A stretch of DNA of 64,000 bases from Gammaproteobacteria bacterium (GCA_024641505.1 JAHECY010000007.1:7250-71249), one strand, 5' to 3'; shown: positions 28,034 through 39,112, counted from the first letter of the stretch. The notes: generated by a model not told the origin, from the letters alone. Numbers and translations: made by a program.

Positions 28034-29650
28034 ATGCTTGTTATTGCTGCCGTCACTTGGCCGGCAATCTCGCATGCGCAGCCAGCCGCCGTCGCCTTTT
28101 CAACTTTTGCCGGCAGCGATTCATATGATTCAGTATCCGCGATCACGGTCGACGTCGACGGATACATCTATGTCGCCGGTTACACTTTCGCGGAAAATTA
28201 CCCGGTCACGTTCAGCATCGGCGTTAACGGCGGTATTGATGCCATGATCAGCAAATTCAGTGCCGATGGCAGCCGCCTGATATTCAGCACCCGCATCGGA
28301 GGCAGTGGCCACGATCGGGCCCGAGATATCGCGGTGGACGATATCGGCAACATCTATGTCGTTGGTGAAACGGATTCCTTCGACTTTCCCATGGTGCGCT
28401 CCTGGCAACAACAGAACCGCGGCGATCCCAATATCACGAGCATCGCCAATAGTGAAGCGTTTATTGTCAAACTCGGGCCGCACGGCGATCACTTGGAATT
28501 CGCAACTTATTTTGGTGGCAGTGGATATGACGCCGCCCATGGTATTGCCCTGGATCATACTCGGCGCGTCTATATTACCGGCGAAACAACATCGCCGGAC
28601 CTCGACGTTACCGAACAGAGCCTGGATGGCAGTTGCGGTACTGACGGCAAGTGCGACAGCGCGTCAGCGCTCGTGGGATTTGATGCTTTCTTCGCGGTAT
28701 TCGATTTTTATAGCGACCGGCAACTGATCTATGGTACTTATCTAGGGGGTGGCAATAGCGACAAAGCGCATGACATTCTGTTTCAGGAAGACACCGGCAT
28801 CGCTTATGTCACCGGGGAAACTTCATCCGGGGATTTTCCGTTGCGCGGATCCCTGCAGGATCACAACGCGGGAAAAATCGACGCTTTTATCGCCGGCATA
28901 GATTACCGGATAGCCGGACAGGAAGCCCTGGTTTTTTCCAGTTATCTAGGGGGCAGCGCGGAAGATCTTGCGGTGGCGCTGGCCTCGACTCCCGAAGGCG
29001 ATCTGGTGGTTATTGGCGATACTGCCTCACGGGATTTTCCCTTAGTCCATGGTTTTCAAAAAAGATTACGTGGTGAGCGTGATATTTTCCTGGCGCGCAT
29101 CGCAACGGTTGGGGGCTACACCATCACGTCGACCTCGTACTACGGTGGCGGTGGTGATGAGAGCGCTGCAGGCATCGCCGTAAACTCGACAGGTGTGATT
29201 TATATCGCGGGCAACTCCAGTGCCACGGATGTGCCTGTGTGGAATGCTGACCGCGCGGTGCCGGCCGCAGGCAACGGTTTTGTCGCCGCCTTTGCCGCCG
29301 ATATGTACAGCCTGTACTACGCGCAGTACTACGGCGGTGATGCAGACGATATGATCAGCAGTGTCGCCAGCAGCTCCCAAGGGGCGTTGATCATTGCTGG
29401 TGACACCGAATCATCAGCACTGCCGCAAACTGGTAATGCCTACCAACACACCAATAGCGGTGCAATGGATATTTTCATCGCGGCCATGGAGCCGATCACC
29501 GATCCCGCCACCGGCAGCGCCGACCGGGCGCTGCCGGCCGAAACTGATCACCCGCGGGGGACCGGCATTTTGGATGTCACTAGCTTGTTACTTGTCTTGC
29601 TGACATTTCTCGGCTGCCGCACCCGACGCAGCGGCAAACCTTGGAGATAA
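28034..29650 (+). CDS. Secreted beta-propeller repeat protein (SBBP-like repeats) with a C-terminal hydrophobic and basic tail
   Basis: Signal peptide, then repeated ...DG.IYV.G.T.S.DFP... units about 45-50 aa long. The C-terminus is ...PRGTGILDVTSLLLVLLTFLGCRTRRSGKPWR (a transmembrane helix plus Arg cluster, reminiscent of sorting signals). Confidence 0.5.
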   Translation: MLVIAAVTWPAISHAQPAAVAFSTFAGSDSYDSVSAITVDVDGYIYVAGYTFAENYPVTFSIGVNGGIDAMISKFSADGSRLIFSTRIGGSGHDRARDIAVDDIGNIYVVGETDSFDFPMVRSWQQQNRGDPNITSIANSEAFIVKLGPHGDHLEFATYFGGSGYDAAHGIALDHTRRVYITGETTSPDLDVTEQSLDGSCGTDGKCDSASALVGFDAFFAVFDFYSDRQLIYGTYLGGGNSDKAHDILFQEDTGIAYVTGETSSGDFPLRGSLQDHNAGKIDAFIAGIDYRIAGQEALVFSSYLGGSAEDLAVALASTPEGDLVVIGDTASRDFPLVHGFQKRLRGERDIFLARIATVGGYTITSTSYYGGGGDESAAGIAVNSTGVIYIAGNSSATDVPVWNADRAVPAAGNGFVAAFAADMYSLYYAQYYGGDADDMISSVASSSQGALIIAGDTESSALPQTGNAYQHTNSGAMDIFIAAMEPITDPATGSADRALPAETDHPRGTGILDVTSLLLVLLTFLGCRTRRSGKPWR

Positions 29651-29659
29651 GAAGATATT

Positions 29660-30811
29660 ATGATTACGGAGTCGTTGCTCCAGGAGTTCGCCCTTGATGC
29701 GGAGCTGATCCACGTCAATCACGCCGCCATGGCGCCGTGGCCAACACGCGCGGTACATGCAATAAACCACTTCGCGGCGGAGAACGCCATGCAAGCGGGA
29801 CGCAACTATCCGCAATGGCTGGAAGTCGAAAATCGCCTGCGCCGCAACCTCGCCCGTATGATCAATGCCCCGCACGCGGAGGATATCGCTTTGGTTCCCA
29901 ACACATCCAGCGCGCTGTCTCTCGTGGCATATGGTTTACCCTGGTCAGCGGGCGACAATGTAGTCATCAGTGATGAAGAATTTCCTTCCAACAAGGTCGT
30001 GTGGGAATCTTTGAATAAATACGGCGTGCAAGTGCGTTATGCAAACCTCTGGCACAGCGCCACTCCGGAACAGGCAATCTTCGACTTGGTGGACCAACAC
30101 ACCCGGGTCGTGGCCGTCAGCTCCTTGCAGTATAAAACCGGTATCCGACTGAATCTGGGCCAACTTGGCGCCTACTGCCGGCCGCGGGAGGTATTGTTAT
30201 GCATTGATGGCATCCAGACCATTGGTGCCATGGGCTGTGATGTACAAGCTGATCATATCGATTTTATCATGGCAGACGGCCATAAGTGGCTGCTCGGTCC
30301 CGAAGGCCTGGCATTGTTCTACTGCCGTCCGGAGCTGCGCGCCCGCCTGGATCTCAAACAATATGGCTGGCACATGCTGGAAGATTATCTGAATTTTGAT
30401 CAAACTACCTGGCGCCCCGCGGTACACGCCCAGCGCTTTGAACCGGGCAGCCCCAACATGCTGGCAATTCACGCGCTGGATGCCAGCGTGTCGTTGTTGC
30501 TGGAAGCCGGACTGGATCAAGTATCGCAAGCCATCCTGGGCAAGAATCACTATCTGATGGAGGCGCTGCGCGCGAACGGTAACTACGACATTATCAGTCC
30601 GGTATCGGAACAGCGCCGCGCGGGCATCCTGGTGGTCAACCATAAGACCAAAGATAATACGGTGTTATATCGCTATTTGTCGGAAAACAAGGTTTACTGC
30701 GCCTTGCGTGGCGGCAATATTCGATTCTCGCCACATTTCTACACCCCGAACAATAAGCTCGATGCGCTGATCGAACTGATGGCGCGATTTGAAGATAACC
30801 CAACAACTTAG
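29660..30811 (+). CDS. Class V aminotransferase-fold PLP-dependent enzyme (cysteine desulfurase / selenocysteine lyase-like)
   Basis: 383 aa. PLP-lysine context DFIMADGHKWLLGPEG and a fold-type I pattern. Confidence 0.7.
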   Translation: MITESLLQEFALDAELIHVNHAAMAPWPTRAVHAINHFAAENAMQAGRNYPQWLEVENRLRRNLARMINAPHAEDIALVPNTSSALSLVAYGLPWSAGDNVVISDEEFPSNKVVWESLNKYGVQVRYANLWHSATPEQAIFDLVDQHTRVVAVSSLQYKTGIRLNLGQLGAYCRPREVLLCIDGIQTIGAMGCDVQADHIDFIMADGHKWLLGPEGLALFYCRPELRARLDLKQYGWHMLEDYLNFDQTTWRPAVHAQRFEPGSPNMLAIHALDASVSLLLEAGLDQVSQAILGKNHYLMEALRANGNYDIISPVSEQRRAGILVVNHKTKDNTVLYRYLSENKVYCALRGGNIRFSPHFYTPNNKLDALIELMARFEDNPTT

Positions 30812-30823
30812 CATCATCACCAA

Positions 30824-31138
30824 GTGGAGCACCCTATGGACGAATCAAAGAAGCCTGGCAACGTTGCCGCGGAACCCATACATTTGCCGGAAGACACACG
30901 CCGCGGCGTATTCGCCAATCAGGTGATCATATCTCATTCACCCGAGGAATTCGTGCTGGACTATGTGTTCCGCCACAGCATCGGTGGTAATGTGGTGGTT
31001 TCCCGCGTCATCCTCACTCCGGACCATGCCAAACGCCTGCTCAAAACGCTGCAGGAAAATATCCAGATATACGAACGCAATCATGGTGCCATCAAGGAAC
31101 CCGGCACCGCTCCGCCACCGCCCGCAAGCCGCCATTGA
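30824..31138 (+). CDS. DUF3467 family protein
   Basis: GVFANQVIISHSPEEFVLDYVF motif characteristic of DUF3467. Confidence 0.5.
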   Translation: MEHPMDESKKPGNVAAEPIHLPEDTRRGVFANQVIISHSPEEFVLDYVFRHSIGGNVVVSRVILTPDHAKRLLKTLQENIQIYERNHGAIKEPGTAPPPPASRH

Positions 31139-31356
31139 TCGGGCGGACCGGGCACCGGAGCGTCCCGTGGCACAGCAGACCCCGGTACCCGGGGCGCCAC
31201 GCCATCAACTCATGTAATTCTTCCCCTTTATGCACCAACCCATTGTTTTAATAGAATTATTAATATTGCCGATTCATGCAGATTCCATGTCAGGAGGACG
31301 ATAACCGTGTAATGCCATAAAAATTATCGCTAACCGCGCATACACTGGAGTTTCGC

Positions 31357-32181
31357 ATGAATCCCGCTGATCTGCTGACTCAATCCAATGGTGAAACGAA
31401 AGTCCGTTTAGGGGGATTTCTGTTACCTGCGGAAGACTTTTCCATGGCCAATTTTATGCGCTTCAGACTTGGCATGGCATGGTTGCATCCTGGTGGAATC
31501 ACCAGCACGGAATATCTTTTAAACATGCTACGTATAACCCCCGGCATGCGCATCCTCGACCTCGGATGTGGTCTTGGTACCACCACGGATATGCTGGCGC
31601 GGCGCTATGGTTGCGAAGTGGTGGGCATTGATCACGACCCCTCCATGATTGCGGGCGCCATGTCTAAAAAGACTTATAGCAAACACGTGGTTTTCAAGAA
31701 CATGGACGGCACCGCAATGGAGTTTGACGCCAATACGTTCGATTGTGTCATCCTGCAATCCGTTCTTTGTTTCAATGATAAGGAAAAATTATTGCGTGAA
31801 ATCTTCAGGGTACTCAAACCCGGCGGTCAGTTAGGTATCAATGAATCCACATGGATGCAGCCACCAACTCCAGAAACCGCCATAGTGACGCGCGCGACGA
31901 TTTGCGAAACCTTCTGCCATGCACTCGAAACCAACGATTGGATCAGCATATTACTTGATACCAGGTTTACCAACATCAAACACAAAACATATGAGTTTAC
32001 CTCCATGTCTCCCTATCAAATGTTGCGCGAAGAAGGCTTCTTCAACACCTTACGGGTTATGATCAAAGTCATCTTGAATCCGGAATTGAACATGCGTCTG
32101 GGCGCGGTCAGCACTTACTTCAGTACGTTCCACGGTTACTTCGGGTATGGATTGTACACGGGTACCAAGTCAGATTGCTGA
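31357..32181 (+). CDS. Class I SAM-dependent methyltransferase
   Basis: Motif I ILDLGCGLGTT plus an acidic post-I residue (VVGIDHD). Confidence 0.65.
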   Translation: MNPADLLTQSNGETKVRLGGFLLPAEDFSMANFMRFRLGMAWLHPGGITSTEYLLNMLRITPGMRILDLGCGLGTTTDMLARRYGCEVVGIDHDPSMIAGAMSKKTYSKHVVFKNMDGTAMEFDANTFDCVILQSVLCFNDKEKLLREIFRVLKPGGQLGINESTWMQPPTPETAIVTRATICETFCHALETNDWISILLDTRFTNIKHKTYEFTSMSPYQMLREEGFFNTLRVMIKVILNPELNMRLGAVSTYFSTFHGYFGYGLYTGTKSDC

Positions 32182-32408
32182 CACCGCGCCGCTCTAACCG
32201 TCGATGAATAACCTCAAGTTATCCATGAATCATTGACGCTTTCGTATTTTACATAAAGCCTCATTCCCGCAAGCTTGGCTTCCCAGACCCTGGTCACTGC
32301 ACTCCGCCGCCACCCGGCAATATCCGCCCAAACCTGGCGACGACACACGCATTACCGGATATACTTGCGCTTCACTTGATAAATTCATTGATAGTACCAG
32401 GGGTAGAT

Positions 32409-32780
32409 ATGCTCAAACGTCACACGAAAATTTTGGCATTGGTGGTATTGCTGTTGTCGCCCGGCATGCTGCTCGCGGGTGAAGCCATCAGCAAGAATGT
32501 GGAAGCCGTGAACAAGGAAGCCGCCCAATTGGCCGGTAAGCAAGTACAGGTAAGCGGCAAGGTTGTAAAGGTAAATAACGGCATCATGAAACGCAACTTC
32601 CTGCATATTCGAGATGGAAGTGGCACGGAAGGCACCAACGACTTGACGGTTACCAGCGATCAAACCGGCAATGTCGGCGATACCGTAACCATCACCGGTA
32701 CCGTTGTCCTGAATACTGATTTCGGATTTGGCTACAACTATCCCCTGCTGATCGAAAACGCCACCATCAGCAAACAGTAA
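32409..32780 (+). CDS. Periplasmic OB-fold protein (BOF/YgiW-like)
   Basis: Signal peptide, then a V.VSGKVVKV....F.L.DGSG...V pattern typical of the YgiW OB-fold family. Confidence 0.4.
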   Translation: MLKRHTKILALVVLLLSPGMLLAGEAISKNVEAVNKEAAQLAGKQVQVSGKVVKVNNGIMKRNFLHIRDGSGTEGTNDLTVTSDQTGNVGDTVTITGTVVLNTDFGFGYNYPLLIENATISKQ

Positions 32781-32889
32781 AATTTCTCAATCGGTCGCGG
32801 GCATCGGCATGCCGATGCCCGGCGGCGACGGGCGCCGCCGGGCATTTAACTCAGCTCCAGCCTGGTGAGGAGAGTTCAAACCCCGCCGA

Positions 32890-33672
32890 CTACGATGCGC
32901 TGTCAAGCTGAAACAGCTGATTGAAATTCCGGGTGGTAACCCGCGCCAGTTCTTCGTAACTGATGCCGCGCATCTGGGCAATATACTCTGCGACATAACG
33001 CGTATAAGCCGGATAGTTAGGCTTGCCACGCATCGGCACGGGCGCCAGATAGGGGGAGTCCGTTTCCACCAGCATGCGCTCCAGCGGTACGCGACGTGCC
33101 ACATCTTGAACCTGAGCCGCATTTTTGAAGGTTACGATCCCGGAAAAGGATATGTAAAAATTCATGTCCATGGCCTGCTGCGCCGCCTCCCAATCGTCAA
33201 CGAAACAATGCATCACCCCGCCCACGTCCGCGGCATGCTCGGTACGCAGCATTTGCAGGACATCGGCACCGGACTCCCGGGTGTGTATGATCAAGGGCTT
33301 CCGGCAATCACGGGCCGCTGCTATATGGCGCCGAAAACGGTCGCGCTGCCAATCAAGATCGCCCTCGCTGCGGAAATAATCCAGACCGGTTTCCCCGATA
33401 GCGATCACCTTGTCATCCGCTGCCAGCTGCAACAGGTCGTCAACGGTCAGTTCAGGGGTGTCGGTTTCATTGGGGTGGATGCCCACGGAAGCATAAACAC
33501 AGTCATAGCGCGCGGCCATACCCTTTACCACCAGTACATTTTCCATATCAATGCTGACGCACAAGAACCGCCGTACATCCTGCTCAATGGCCTGATCGAG
33601 CATGGCCCCTAAATCACCGTCCCAAGGAGTTAAATCCAGGCGGTCTAAATGGCAGTGGGAGTCAATCAACAT
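32890..33672 (-). CDS. tatD: TatD-family metal-dependent hydrolase/DNase
   Basis: N-terminal IDSHCHLD motif, 260 aa. Conserved position after pilZ. Confidence 0.8.
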   Translation of the reverse strand: MLIDSHCHLDRLDLTPWDGDLGAMLDQAIEQDVRRFLCVSIDMENVLVVKGMAARYDCVYASVGIHPNETDTPELTVDDLLQLAADDKVIAIGETGLDYFRSEGDLDWQRDRFRRHIAAARDCRKPLIIHTRESGADVLQMLRTEHAADVGGVMHCFVDDWEAAQQAMDMNFYISFSGIVTFKNAAQVQDVARRVPLERMLVETDSPYLAPVPMRGKPNYPAYTRYVAEYIAQMRGISYEELARVTTRNFNQLFQLDSAS

Positions 33673-33736
33673 GATTTTGCGCTATGGTCCTACACGAAAT
33701 GGATCAGCGCATTATAGCGTAACTGGCGGTAAATAT

Positions 33737-34111
33737 TTACAGCGTATGGGTCTGGCGGTCCGACTTTAAAGCGCCGCCGAGAAATGATTCGATCTTGGTA
33801 CGCACCGACCCGTTATCCTGGCCGCTGAATTGAACGCCGATACCCGCGGTACGATTACCCTGCGCGCCTTTGGGCGTCACCCAGACAATTTTTCCGGCGA
33901 CCGGTATCTTCTCTGGATCGTTCATCAGGGTAAGCAGCATAAACACTTCTTCCCCGAGTTTGTAGGTCTTGTTGGTGGGAATGAACAAGCCGCCGTTTTT
34001 CACGAATGGCATGTAGGCGGCATACAAGGAACTTTTATCTTTGATGGTCAGAGACAGAATACCACCTTGCTTCATGCCGGGTGGACCGCCGGGTGGTAAC
34101 GCTGTACTCAT
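33737..34111 (-). CDS. pilZ: Type IV pilus assembly PilZ-domain protein
   Basis: GGILSLTIKDKSSLYAAYMPF motif. Conserved holB-pilZ-tatD context. Confidence 0.7.
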   Translation of the reverse strand: MSTALPPGGPPGMKQGGILSLTIKDKSSLYAAYMPFVKNGGLFIPTNKTYKLGEEVFMLLTLMNDPEKIPVAGKIVWVTPKGAQGNRTAGIGVQFSGQDNGSVRTKIESFLGGALKSDRQTHTL

Positions 34112-34124
34112 ATGCTCTTGATGC

Positions 34125-35126
34125 CTATGCCTGTGCCATGGATGATCGGGTGACCAGTTGCTGCCAGGACCATAACAAATTTTCCAATTGCAACTGAATG
34201 TTCAAATTGCGGTCCGCCCATGACAACATATCGGTCAATTGATCGAGAAATTTATACAGCTCTCTGGCACCCAGCCGTTGGGCGATACGCGCCAGGTCCG
34301 GCGCCAGATCACTATTTGAGGTTAGCGACGTTTTTCCCATAATCTTTAACCGAATCAGGTCCCTGCACCATCCCGCCAACCAGCTCTGCAAGAGCAGCGG
34401 GTCGCGTTTGTACCAACGCCCCGCGACCGGTAACGCAAATTCACGTCCTTCACTAATACCTTGAAAATCCAGAAAAAACTTTTTACGTTCGGCAAGATAA
34501 TTTTGCTCGAGATAATGCAGAGCGGTCAGCGGCGCACCACCGGCAATCGCCAAGGCCATCTCCAGCTCTGTCGAGTTTTCTGCGTGTTTCTTAAGGTATT
34601 CCAGAGCGAGTTGCCGCGGCGGCAATCCGAATTTCAAGGCACGGCAGCGGCTGCGAATGGTCGGCAACAACCAGCCAGGATTTGGCGTCAGCAGGATCAA
34701 CACCGTATCCCCGGAAGGCTCTTCCAGCGTCTTCAACAAGGCATTAGCGGCGCTTATACTCATTTTGTGAGCATCCTTGATCCGTACCACCTTGTAGCCG
34801 CCGAGGTGGCTTTTCATGCCTTGCCAACGCACTACCTCACGTACCTGGTCGATGCCGATGTTCTTCTTTCCCTCCGGGACGTCGAGTTCATACAGATCCG
34901 GATGGGTGCTTGCCCGGTATAATTTGCATGCGGCACAGTGACCACAAGCCTCCTGTAGCGGCGTACTGTCGTTGAGGCACAGCAGAAACCCGGCCAGTCG
35001 CCGGGAAAAATTCTCTTTCCCCACACCACCGGGTCCATGGAGAATCAAACCATGAGGTAACCGGCCCTGTTCATGACATTGCTGCAGGTGTGCCCAAAGA
35101 GATTGATGCCAAGGCAGTAGTTCCAT
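34125..35126 (-). CDS. holB: DNA polymerase III delta-prime subunit
   Basis: AAA+ GPGGVGK motif and Zn module CGHCAACKL. The ATGA start overlaps the tmk stop (the ORF extends to 35177). Confidence 0.8.
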   Translation of the reverse strand: MELLPWHQSLWAHLQQCHEQGRLPHGLILHGPGGVGKENFSRRLAGFLLCLNDSTPLQEACGHCAACKLYRASTHPDLYELDVPEGKKNIGIDQVREVVRWQGMKSHLGGYKVVRIKDAHKMSISAANALLKTLEEPSGDTVLILLTPNPGWLLPTIRSRCRALKFGLPPRQLALEYLKKHAENSTELEMALAIAGGAPLTALHYLEQNYLAERKKFFLDFQGISEGREFALPVAGRWYKRDPLLLQSWLAGWCRDLIRLKIMGKTSLTSNSDLAPDLARIAQRLGARELYKFLDQLTDMLSWADRNLNIQLQLENLLWSWQQLVTRSSMAQA

Positions 35127-35755
35127 CACTTTTTGTACACTTTCAAAATCTGGTCCAGGACATTTTGCAGCTGGCATTGTACCTCGCCCAAAGGCTGGCC
35201 GGCATCAATCACGCGGTAACGAATCGGAAAGCGTTGCGCCATGTCCAAGTAGCACGCACGTACCCTTGCAAAAAATGCGGCATTTTCCGTTTCAAAGCGG
35301 TCTGGATCACTGCGCACACCGGCCCGCTGTAAACCAACGGCCACCGGTACGTCCAGCAACAGTGTGACATCCGGGCGTAACTCGCCTTGTACCCACTGCT
35401 CGATGACGGCGATATGGTCCTCAGGGATACCGCGGCCACCGCCCTGATAGGCGTAGGTCGCGTCGGTAAATCGGTCGCAAAGCACCCAGCGCCCCTGCGC
35501 AAGTGCAGGCTTGATCACCTGTTGCAGGTGCTGCGCGCGAGCCGCGAACATCAGCAGCAACTCCGCGTCGCTGACTATATGATTGGCCTTATCCAGTAGC
35601 AACTCCCGGATTTTTTCCCCGACCGTGGTACCTCCAGGTTCCCGGGTGAGGATCAGTTCAACGCCCTTGCCTTGAAGATAATCACGGATAAAGGCGATAT
35701 TGGTGGACTTACCTGCACCCTCCCCACCTTCAATGGTGAGAAAACAACCTGTCAT
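35126..35755 (-). CDS. tmk: Thymidylate kinase
   Basis: FLTIEGGEGAGKST P-loop and TREPGGT motif. Confidence 0.85.
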   Translation of the reverse strand: MTGCFLTIEGGEGAGKSTNIAFIRDYLQGKGVELILTREPGGTTVGEKIRELLLDKANHIVSDAELLLMFAARAQHLQQVIKPALAQGRWVLCDRFTDATYAYQGGGRGIPEDHIAVIEQWVQGELRPDVTLLLDVPVAVGLQRAGVRSDPDRFETENAAFFARVRACYLDMAQRFPIRYRVIDAGQPLGEVQCQLQNVLDQILKVYKK

Positions 35756-35854
35756 TACAACCTCCGATCAAGCCATTGCCTACCGGCAGTGGAGCATGAC
35801 AGACCTTGGGAATCAAGTGCGTGCCACGCCATGACCACGCGCCCTGACTTGTGG

Positions 35855-36898
35855 TCAGTGGGAACTCACGGTTAACGAGGAAAAACTGCGTTTACGGCCT
35901 TTGAGCTGATATTTGATCACCGCATTGTTGTGTTCTTCCAGGGTCGCGGAAAAATGATGGCTGCCGTCGCCACGTGCCACAAAATAGAGATTGTCACTGT
36001 CATCCGGGTGCAATGCGGCATTGATGGAACCGGCGCTGGGCAGGGCAATCGGTGTTGGTGGCAGACCTTTAATCCGATAGGTATTGTAGGGAGTGGGCGT
36101 TTCCAAGTCCCGACGGCGGATATTGCCCTGATAGGCATCGCCCATGCCATAGATCACCGTGGGGTCGGTTTGCAGACGCATGCCTTTGATCAAACGCCGG
36201 GTGAACACGCCGGAAATGGCGAAACGCTCCTCCACCACCGCGGTTTCCCGCTCGATGATGGAGGCCAGGATCAACGCCTCATAAGCTGACTTGACCGGGA
36301 GATTCGGCCGCCGTTTCGCCCATTCGTCGGCGAGTAATTGCTGTGCCGCGGTATAAGCGCGTTTCAGAAAATCAACGTCTGGCGTATCACGGGGGAACAA
36401 ATAAGTATCAGGTAAAAACCGGCCTTCAGGATGCTCCCCGGCATGCCCGATTCGCTCCATGATCTGGCTGTCGGTGACTTGCACCAGTGTGTGTTGCAGT
36501 TGCGGATGCTGGCGCACGGCATCCATCATCTGCCGGAAGGTCCACCCTTCGACGATGGTCAGGGAATATTGCAGCACCTTGCCGGCATTGATGCGCTCGA
36601 GAAACTCGCCGGGCTTCATTCCGGTTGGTAACAGATAATCTCCCGCCTGAATATGATCTGCCATGCCGTTCAGACGTGCATACCAGCGCAGGTAATTTGT
36701 CTGCTCAATGATGCCTTTTCGGGTCAGATCCTGAGCGATAGTGGTGAGATTGGCGCCGGCTTTGATCTCATAGACCATATTCTCGGCGCCGATGCGCAGA
36801 GGAGTGTCCTTGAACGTTTGATACTGCAGCACCAGCCAGCCCGCGGCGAGACTCATGCCCACAATAACCAACCCGGTAAGTTTAAACAACGTTTTCAT
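35855..36898 (-). CDS. mltG: Endolytic murein transglycosylase MltG (YceG family)
   Basis: N-terminal transmembrane segment MKTLFKLTGLVIVG and a YceG domain. Start at the internal Met (the ORF extends to 37000). Confidence 0.8.
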   Translation of the reverse strand: MKTLFKLTGLVIVGMSLAAGWLVLQYQTFKDTPLRIGAENMVYEIKAGANLTTIAQDLTRKGIIEQTNYLRWYARLNGMADHIQAGDYLLPTGMKPGEFLERINAGKVLQYSLTIVEGWTFRQMMDAVRQHPQLQHTLVQVTDSQIMERIGHAGEHPEGRFLPDTYLFPRDTPDVDFLKRAYTAAQQLLADEWAKRRPNLPVKSAYEALILASIIERETAVVEERFAISGVFTRRLIKGMRLQTDPTVIYGMGDAYQGNIRRRDLETPTPYNTYRIKGLPPTPIALPSAGSINAALHPDDSDNLYFVARGDGSHHFSATLEEHNNAVIKYQLKGRKRSFSSLTVSSH

Positions 36899-37718
36899 CA
36901 TGATACCACAAATACTGGTCAAGCAGACTCTGTAGGGTTTTAGACACGTATAGCCGGTATGATCCCTGATTGTCAACACTCTTGACCGGCCAAATCCCAA
37001 TCAGACTGTTAGTGACGAATACTTCGTCGGCCGTTAAAAATTCATCTTGAGGCACCGGCCGTATTTCTGTTGTATAAGCATTTTCCCGAAGCATCTGTAA
37101 TACTTTGTTACGCATGACACCCGCGACCCCGCAACGATCCAATGCAGGAGTCACTATTTTATCACCCAATACCAGAAAAACGTTGCTCATGACCCCCCCT
37201 ATGACATTCCCGTCCTGATCCCGTAAGATGCCTTCGGCGATATCCTCGTCCTGCCATTCCTGCCGAGCCAACACCTGCTCCAGACGATTCAAGTGCTTTA
37301 AACCTGCAAGTTGCGGGTTATGACCCAAACGTTGGGCGCATATGCGAACCCTGACGCCCTCGCGCCAGTTGGCGGCGGCGTAGGTCGGCGCGGGATGAGT
37401 GCTCAGGATGCGGTTGGGTGTCAACGGTGTGATCACACGATAACCACGGCTTCCGGCGCCACGCGTAATAACGATTTTCAAAACGCCCTTAGGCTGATCG
37501 ACGCAGAGTGTGGCGGCTTCTCGCCATAGCAGTTCGCAGTCCGGCGCACTAATCTGCAAGCGCTGACAACCCGACAAGAGGCGCGCCATATGATCCGGCC
37601 AAAGCCGGGGTTTGCTGTCTTGAACACAAATCGTTTCAAATACACCGTCGCCATACTGCAGCCCGCGATCAAACACTGTGAGGTGGTCGCAGGCCGCACC
37701 GTTTACCAGCACGTTCAC
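36882..37718 (-). CDS. pabC: Aminodeoxychorismate lyase (class IV aminotransferase fold)
   Basis: VLVNGAACDHLTVFDRGLQYGDGVFETI aligns with the E. coli PabC N-terminus. The GTG start overlaps the pabB TGA stop (GTGA). The ORF in the track extends further upstream but is unlikely to be used. Confidence 0.65.
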   Translation of the reverse strand: MNVLVNGAACDHLTVFDRGLQYGDGVFETICVQDSKPRLWPDHMARLLSGCQRLQISAPDCELLWREAATLCVDQPKGVLKIVITRGAGSRGYRVITPLTPNRILSTHPAPTYAAANWREGVRVRICAQRLGHNPQLAGLKHLNRLEQVLARQEWQDEDIAEGILRDQDGNVIGGVMSNVFLVLGDKIVTPALDRCGVAGVMRNKVLQMLRENAYTTEIRPVPQDEFLTADEVFVTNSLIGIWPVKSVDNQGSYRLYVSKTLQSLLDQYLWYHDENVV

Positions 37719-39112
37719 GGCGTAACCCCCAACGCCAGCAACAGGCCACGGGCTTTGGCCCGGGTTTCCGCCAATTCCCGCTGGGGATCCGAATCGGCGA
37801 CAATACCGGCCCCGGTACGGAATTTTATTTGCCCGCCGTGCAGGGTGAGACTGCGGATAAGAATATTGAAATCCATATTGCCGTGGGCACTGATGTAACC
37901 GACCGCCCCGGTATAAGGTCCCCTGGGTGCTTGCTCCAACTCGGCGATGATCTGCATGCAGCGCACCTTGGGGCAACCGGTAATAGTGCCGCCCGGAAAC
38001 AGTGCGCGGATAATTTGTCCCGGTGTCACATCCTCTCGGAGTCGACCCCGGATATCGGACACGATATGGTGCACGTGCGCGTGACTTTCCAGGGTCATCA
38101 ATTCGTTGACATGCACACTTCCGGGGATACAGATGCGTCCCAGGTCATTGCGCTCCAGATCGATCAACATAATATGCTCCGCCCGCTCTTTGGGATGGGC
38201 CAACAATTCCGTGAGATAAGCCCGATCCTCCTCCTGCCGGGCATGGCGGGGCCGGGTACCGGCAATGGGCCGGGTTTCGATGCCAGAGTCCACCACTTTG
38301 AACAAACGCTCCGGCGAAGAACTGAGGATCGTACTGTCCTGGTAATGTATCGACGCGGCGAAGGGCGCGGGATTGTGCCGGCATAAATGCCGATAAACCA
38401 GTTCCGGGATCAGGGCTGAAGCAAAATCCAGCCGCCATTCACGCGACAGATTGACTTGGAACACGTCCCCGTTATAAATGTACTGCAGGATGCGGGCGGT
38501 ATCCTGCAAATACTTTTCCGGCGCATCCTCCTGTAATCTCCCACGGGGCAATTCCTGATCGGTTATCGATAGTTGTAAACTCCGTTCGATATCCAGCAAT
38601 ACGAGTTGCGCTAATGGCTCCCAACCCGGCTGGGTCACGATAAAACCGCACTGTCGCACATGATCGTTGATTAATGCCACCGGCGTGTGGGCGGCGAAGG
38701 CGATGGGAAATTCCGTCCTGAGAGTCACAGGTAAACTCAGTACCGGCTCGATCTGCTGCGCCAGTTCGTATCCCAAATAGACGAACCAGCCGCCAATGAA
38801 CGGTAAATCGCTGGCCTGAGCGGGTACGCTGTTACGTTCCGCCGTTAGACGATCCAGAATCGCGAGAAAATCCGGAGCACCTTTATCGAGAGTGGTGAGC
38901 GCGACGGTCTCCTGCGGAAACGCGCACAAGATGTCGTAACGCGTCTGGGCGGAACCCTGGCTGACGCTTTGCAATAGATAGGGATAACGGCTGCGGTCCA
39001 GAACCTGCAGCCGCAGCAAATCGATTCGGGAATTCAGACGGGTCGGCGGACGCAACGACCTGTTGACATACGCGCCCGACCGATCAGATCCGGTTGAAGA
39101 CCAGGGTGGCAT
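37715..39112 (-). CDS. pabB: Aminodeoxychorismate synthase component I (anthranilate synthase component I family)
   Basis: Chorismate-binding C-terminal motifs ([20 protein letters not shown]...[10 protein letters not shown]). The start is uncertain (Met at about 39112). Confidence 0.7.
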   Translation of the reverse strand: MPPWSSTGSDRSGAYVNRSLRPPTRLNSRIDLLRLQVLDRSRYPYLLQSVSQGSAQTRYDILCAFPQETVALTTLDKGAPDFLAILDRLTAERNSVPAQASDLPFIGGWFVYLGYELAQQIEPVLSLPVTLRTEFPIAFAAHTPVALINDHVRQCGFIVTQPGWEPLAQLVLLDIERSLQLSITDQELPRGRLQEDAPEKYLQDTARILQYIYNGDVFQVNLSREWRLDFASALIPELVYRHLCRHNPAPFAASIHYQDSTILSSSPERLFKVVDSGIETRPIAGTRPRHARQEEDRAYLTELLAHPKERAEHIMLIDLERNDLGRICIPGSVHVNELMTLESHAHVHHIVSDIRGRLREDVTPGQIIRALFPGGTITGCPKVRCMQIIAELEQAPRGPYTGAVGYISAHGNMDFNILIRSLTLHGGQIKFRTGAGIVADSDPQRELAETRAKARGLLLALGVTP

